Assembly (NCBI GenBank): GCA_001774395.1 | Contig: MEZX01000002.1 | Location: 29,628 to 61,845, forward strand | Direction of reading: 5' to 3' | DNA length: 32,218 nucleotides | Source: Candidatus Berkelbacteria bacterium RIFCSPLOWO2_01_FULL_50_28 | GTDB taxonomy: Bacteria > Patescibacteriota > UBA1384 > 2-12-FULL-50-11 | Shown: one piece after another, positions 27,918-32,218 of the stretch | How positions within the stretch are numbered: position 1 is the first letter of the stretch | Layout of the letters: each line of letters opens with the position of its first letter | Made by a program: the position numbers and the translations under genes | Notes under the pieces: generated by a model | Database searches by the model: none | Seen by the model: only the letters and a program-made list of their open reading frames with translations | What the model was told of the DNA's origin: nothing

Positions 27918-28637
27918 CTACTTCTTCTTAACAGATGAGCTGCTGGATGCAAGATCGCCACTAAACAACACTTGAACTACTTGCCGCGAAACTCGGTCGG
28001 CTCGACTACGAGCCTGAACTTCAATCTCGTTTACACCCGGCGAGAGCTGGACTTCCTGGCTGAATCCACCCTCTTGTGACACGAAAATAGGTTCGCCGTT
28101 GATCGTCATAGTAGCGCCCTCCGACACATTGCCCGCAAGAACTACTTGGTCTCTGTCGGTTGTAAACTCAGCCGGTACACTGCTTATCTCAAGCCGCGGC
28201 GGCGAGGTGAACTGTTGCAACTCAAGGATAATGTATCCAGCAATCCCACCGAAGACGATGATCGTACCAATAACCGTCAGCAACTTCGGCGTAATTAGAA
28301 AATGCCAATCGCCGACACGCCTTGGTGAGAAAGCAACGCTTGACTCATTCATCCCGTGCCAGGTTTGGCTGCGAGCATCACGATATAGCGACACCAGACT
28401 CCCCGGGTCAAGGTGCAGATACGTTGCGTAACAACGCACGAACCCAATGTTATAGGCTTCACTCGGCAGTTTACTAAAATCGTCATTCTCCAACGCCTGG
28501 AGATACTTGGCAGGAATCTTCGTTTCGGATTCGGCTTGGGCCAACGAAATATCAAGCTTTGTTCGAGCCGAACTGAGGGTACCGCCAAAAGTGCGGTTGG
28601 AAGATATTTTTTTGGTAACAAAAGACCGCATCCGCAA
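27918..28637 (-). CDS. RodZ-like HTH_25 membrane protein with a C-terminal Ig-like domain
   Basis: G..L..AR....SL......TKI...YLQALE..DFSKLP..Y..GFVR.YA.YL.LD; one TM; Ig-like tail; ftsK-rodZ-recA context. Promoter TTGACA-17-TAGCGT (28671-28643). Confidence 0.85.
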   Translation of the reverse strand: MRMRSFVTKKISSNRTFGGTLSSARTKLDISLAQAESETKIPAKYLQALENDDFSKLPSEAYNIGFVRCYATYLHLDPGSLVSLYRDARSQTWHGMNESSVAFSPRRVGDWHFLITPKLLTVIGTIIVFGGIAGYIILELQQFTSPPRLEISSVPAEFTTDRDQVVLAGNVSEGATMTINGEPIFVSQEGGFSQEVQLSPGVNEIEVQARSRADRVSRQVVQVLFSGDLASSSSSVKKK

Positions 28638-28740
28638 GTTTCACGCTACGCCCATACTTTGAGGATGTCAAAGGAGGATTATTCGTCGCAAAGTAGCAGG
28701 CTCTCCAAAAAAAGTAGATTTTTGAAGCATTACCTTACTG

Positions 28741-28772
28741 AAGAGGGGCGCTTTCGAAGCGACCCCTCTTTT
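28741..28772. terminator. Terminator-like hairpin after paralog B
   Basis: AAGAGGGGCGCT-TTCGA-AGCGACCCCTCTT. Confidence 0.6.
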
Positions 28773-28801
28773 ATCTACGATTCTAGAAGTTTTACTCGCC
28801 G

Positions 28802-29449
28802 CTACAAGCCGCCGTAGCCGGGCTTAACACAGAGCAGAATAGAATCTCTGTCTTTATCAACTTTAACGTTATTTCCGTTATCAAGAGGTCCGACAATATC
28901 TTTTCCAAGATAGATTGTATCGCCACCTTTTCTGAACCTACCCACGTTTGCTTGATACATTTTTAGGGGCTCTGCTCTTACCTTTTCAATCTTATTCAGA
29001 AGCTCTGCGGAGATTGATAAGCCGTCACTACTGACACGCACTTGGTAGTACAGGTCGTAGCCGAGCACTTGTTTACCAGGATAATTAGCATTATCTACAG
29101 GATGATGTTTCTTCCCGTTAACAACCGGCGTTCCGGCGTAGTCTAGGGCAGTTGTTAACTGATCTCGGGCAAATGGCATAGGGTAAACCGCTTTGAACGT
29201 GGTGTTTTTGGGGCAATCGTAAAGATTCCCCTTACTCGTCACTACTTTCGTGCCATCGTAAGCAACAGTTTTTGCGTCCTGGCCATCACCACCAAAGTTG
29301 CTTCCTACAATGACCGCCCCAAACCCGCCGCCTGTTCCACCAATACCTTCAGCGTTAAGATTCTTGTAGGCGTAGCCGCCGGCAAAACCCAGAATCAAGC
29401 CCAAAACCAGAGCTATTATCGATACCTTCACAATCATCTGTTGTCCCAT
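28802..29449 (-). CDS. N-terminally anchored hypothetical surface protein (paralog B)
   Basis: SD GGAGG fits ATG 29449; TM ending GFAGGYAY; two Cys; motifs colinear with 25856-26563. Confidence 0.8.
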   Translation of the reverse strand: MGQQMIVKVSIIALVLGLILGFAGGYAYKNLNAEGIGGTGGGFGAVIVGSNFGGDGQDAKTVAYDGTKVVTSKGNLYDCPKNTTFKAVYPMPFARDQLTTALDYAGTPVVNGKKHHPVDNANYPGKQVLGYDLYYQVRVSSDGLSISAELLNKIEKVRAEPLKMYQANVGRFRKGGDTIYLGKDIVGPLDNGNNVKVDKDRDSILLCVKPGYGGL

Positions 29450-29487
29450 CCGCCCCTCCATTTATATTAAAACTTTAATAATTCTAC

Positions 29488-29531
29488 TCCCGAACTCAAC
29501 TTTATAGTATCCCCCTGACTTCGCCTGTCAA
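29488..29531 (-). promoter_or_regulatory. Promoter/leader of paralog B
   Basis: TTGACA-16-TACTAT-aaa-GTTGAG-ttc-GGGA. Confidence 0.6.
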
Positions 29532-29689
29532 GCATTTCGCATAAGGGTCCCGTCAACTAGTCTTGCCCTCGTAGGGCCAGGCCCTGCAGTTTTCAAAGTC
29601 CCTGCAGTCTTCAAGTGCTGTTCCCTCGATTAGTTTTCAGTATGAGTAATGAGGCCAGCGCATCGGTGCGCCAGGCCTCATGGATTCGA

Positions 29690-29905
29690 TCACTTGTCCC
29701 TGGGTAAAGGCTGTCCTCCACTCAGCGTCTCCCCACATCCCAGACAGAAGAGAGGTGCGCCAGACAATACCGCAAATCCGGCGCCGATCCACAGAACCAC
29801 CTCATTCATCAGCAGCAGTCCGACGAAACAAACCAAAGTGCCCAAAACCATGCCGATCGAGAAGCGGTTGACGAACGTACCCTCCCAAGCTTTAAACTTC
29901 ATCAT
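29690..29905 (-). CDS. Small two-TM membrane protein (~71 aa)
   Basis: SD GGGAG before ATG 29905; upstream TTGATT-17-TACAGT; downstream hairpin ATGAGGCC..GGCCTCAT. Confidence 0.55.
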   Translation of the reverse strand: MMKFKAWEGTFVNRFSIGMVLGTLVCFVGLLLMNEVVLWIGAGFAVLSGAPLFCLGCGETLSGGQPLPRDK

Positions 29906-29978
29906 ATCTGAACTCCCAAATCCGAAGATTTGGGTAAACTGTACATCCAAAACCTCGAGAAATCAATAAACATTAACC

Positions 29979-30147
29979 GAAAACCGGCAAGCGTAACCCA
30001 CAGCAGGTCCGTGCCGCCGGTTTTCTCCACTCCCCGAAGGGAACCGTGCAGGGTATGGGGTGTGGGGAGGTAGGGGCTGCCTCGGAATTAAGCCCCTCCT
30101 CCCCACAAAATATGCGTGGGATTTCCCACGCCAAGAGCACCCCTGCA
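29979..30147 (-). ncRNA. Putative structured RNA or MITE-like element downstream of ftsK
   Basis: Five stems, including a three-way junction and a cUUCGg loop on the minus strand. Confidence 0.4.
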
Positions 30148-30157
30148 AGAGATAAAT

Positions 30158-32194
30158 CTACGGCCCTAGATAGTCTTCCGGGGCGACGAGTACATCGCGC
30201 GGTTTGGCACCGTCAGGCGGGCCAATAACCCCTTGCTCTTCCAGCAAGTCCAACAGCCGCGCTGCGCGGGCGTAGCCAACTTTCAAACGGCGCTGCATCA
30301 AACTCGCCGAAGCCTTGCCAGCTTGAATAACTAACTGACGCGCTTCGTTATAAAGCTCGTCGTCACTGGTATCGTGCGTGCCAGTGCTGTGGCCTCCCAC
30401 AACAGCTGAGCGATAAGTTGTAATTGAGTCATCACTTACTGCCGGCGCTTGTTTGCGCACAAAGTCCGCCACCGCTCGAATCTCCTTATCCTTCAAAAAC
30501 ACCCCTTGGATACGCTTCGGCTGCGGTCGGTCGCTGGTAACAAAGAGCATATCGCCTCGCCCAAGCAGTTTTTCCGCTCCAGCCTGATCCAAAATGGTCC
30601 GGGAGTCGGCGTTCGAAGCGACGGCGAAGGCAATTCGAGCGGTGATGTTAGCTTTGATAAGCCCCGTAATAACATCTACCGACGGTCGCTGGGTCGCGAC
30701 AATTAGGTGAATTCCCACCGCCCGCGCCATCTGAGCCAATCGCACAATCGAGGCTTCTACCTCGTTGGCGGCCTGAGCCATCAGATCGGCCAGTTCGTCG
30801 ATTACCACTATAATATAGGGCATTTTCGCTCCGCCCTCTGGAATCGATTCGTTGTAGGCGTCGATGTTGCGCCGGTTGTGCGCGGCGAGCAGCTCGTAGC
30901 GGCGTTCCATCTCCGCCACCGCCCAGCGCAGCGCCGAAATGGTCTTGTCTGTTTCAGTGATAACCGGCGTTAACAGGTGGGCGATACTGTTGTACTCGGC
31001 AAACTCCACGCGCTTCGGGTCAACAAGCAGTAAGCGCAGATCTTGCGGTGAATTTCGAAATAGCAGATTTATTAGCACCGAGTTCATACAAACCGACTTA
31101 CCCGAACCGGTGGCGCCAGCAATTAGCAAGTGCGGCATTTTTTTCAAATCAGTGGCGACGACGTGACCGGCAACGTCCCGTCCCAATCCAAGAGCCAAGC
31201 TTGAATCGATATCTTTATAGTCTGACGCTTCCAGCACTTCGCGCAGTGAAACGGTCGCTGCTTTTTTATTCGGCACTTCAATTCCCACGAGCGATTTGCC
31301 AGGGATCGGCGCTTCGATACGAATCGGGTGGGCGGCCAGGGCCAAAGCAACGTCGTTGGCCCGAGCGGTAATGTTAGACAGCTTCACCCCTTCCGACGGT
31401 TTCAGAGTGTACTGCGTCAAGGCCGGTCCGATGTTGACCTCGCTCATCGCCACTTCAATACCAAAATCTTTCAAGGTTTTTTTGATTGTTTCGACGTTTT
31501 TGCCAATGTCGCCGGCTTCGGCTTTAGTTTCAGTGCCGTACTCAAGCAAATCTAACGATGGAAACTCCCAGTTCCCGCTCGGCGCCACAAGCGCTACACC
31601 ACCGGCCATCGAACGATCCGGCCCCATTGAGCGCACCGGCACTCTTGGCTGGTTGATTTTCACCCCAAGCTGCTTGGCGCCACCGATCTTGAGACGTTCA
31701 AGAATCGAACGGAACGAGGCGTTCAGAGCAAGCAGAGCTGCCACAACGGCGGCGGCGATAAGGATAATTAGCCCGCCGATCGGCCCGGCAATTGAAACGA
31801 ATACCCCTTTTACTCCATCACCAACCGAGCCGCCGTACGAGCCAAACATCGCCGGCACCAACAGAAATAGCAGTACGACGCCGATAACGCTGGTGGCGCG
31901 CATAAATTCACTGCGCAGTAATAGTAACCGGATACCGACGTAAATTAGAACGAACGGTACGGCGTACGACAGGACGCCAAAAAGCGAATTGGCGATATTC
32001 AAAAACGCCAAACCGAAACCGCCAGCCAGGCCGAAAAGTCCTAGCGCAAACAGTACGCCAAAAACTAGCAAAATGATTGCCGCAATCTCTCGAGCCGTGT
32101 CGGGCTCTACCGCCCAAACCATATTGTCCCAGATTGTTGGAACACGCCGCTTTCGCCGGCTACCGTAACGCCGTCTTCTACCAAACAAACCCAT
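30158..32194 (-). CDS. ftsK: DNA translocase FtsK/SpoIIIE
   Basis: N-terminal TM helices; IRIEAPIPGK; PHLLIAGATGSGKS; IDELADLM; ATQRPSVDV; gamma domain SASLMQRRLKVGYARAARL. Confidence 0.97.
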   Translation of the reverse strand: MGLFGRRRRYGSRRKRRVPTIWDNMVWAVEPDTAREIAAIILLVFGVLFALGLFGLAGGFGLAFLNIANSLFGVLSYAVPFVLIYVGIRLLLLRSEFMRATSVIGVVLLFLLVPAMFGSYGGSVGDGVKGVFVSIAGPIGGLIILIAAAVVAALLALNASFRSILERLKIGGAKQLGVKINQPRVPVRSMGPDRSMAGGVALVAPSGNWEFPSLDLLEYGTETKAEAGDIGKNVETIKKTLKDFGIEVAMSEVNIGPALTQYTLKPSEGVKLSNITARANDVALALAAHPIRIEAPIPGKSLVGIEVPNKKAATVSLREVLEASDYKDIDSSLALGLGRDVAGHVVATDLKKMPHLLIAGATGSGKSVCMNSVLINLLFRNSPQDLRLLLVDPKRVEFAEYNSIAHLLTPVITETDKTISALRWAVAEMERRYELLAAHNRRNIDAYNESIPEGGAKMPYIIVVIDELADLMAQAANEVEASIVRLAQMARAVGIHLIVATQRPSVDVITGLIKANITARIAFAVASNADSRTILDQAGAEKLLGRGDMLFVTSDRPQPKRIQGVFLKDKEIRAVADFVRKQAPAVSDDSITTYRSAVVGGHSTGTHDTSDDELYNEARQLVIQAGKASASLMQRRLKVGYARAARLLDLLEEQGVIGPPDGAKPRDVLVAPEDYLGP

Positions 32195-32218
32195 CAACAG
32201 CAGTATACCTGCTGGAGA

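Noticed and set aside
29979-30147. SRP RNA
   Set aside because: CAGGTCCG is present, but the GGAAGGAAGCAGC helix-8 motif is not.
259-32117. Many short antisense or nested ORFs in the track
   Set aside because: They are shadows of longer, well-supported genes, with no independent motifs or initiation signals.

Overview
A chromosomal segment, probably from a Patescibacteria/CPR bacterium. That assignment is an inference from gene content: a DUF5663-like gene after rpoD, large acidic orphan proteins and a pilin-like leader. The housekeeping backbone is pgeF (partial), dnaG-rpoD, tRNA-Ser(GGA), tag and the ftsK-rodZ-like-recA-recX-ppsA run. It is interleaved with stand-alone accessory genes, many predicted secreted or membrane-bound and often with their own promoter, SD and terminator. 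No integrase, transposase, RT, CRISPR or phage gene was seen. The main unexplained signals are: (1) fossil gene ends beside accessory genes (a diverged second copy of the ppsA 3' end, an orphan msrB 3' end, perhaps a recX 5' end); (2) three two-armed 7-nt-period arrays, two in frame in PpsA linkers and one between dnaG and rpoD; (3) two diverged paralogous surface proteins with a conserved promoter/leader flanking recA; (4) two GC-rich structured non-coding elements, before recA and after ftsK; (5) a 53-aa, 10-Cys protein missing from the ORF track; (6) apparently leaderless starts for many genes.
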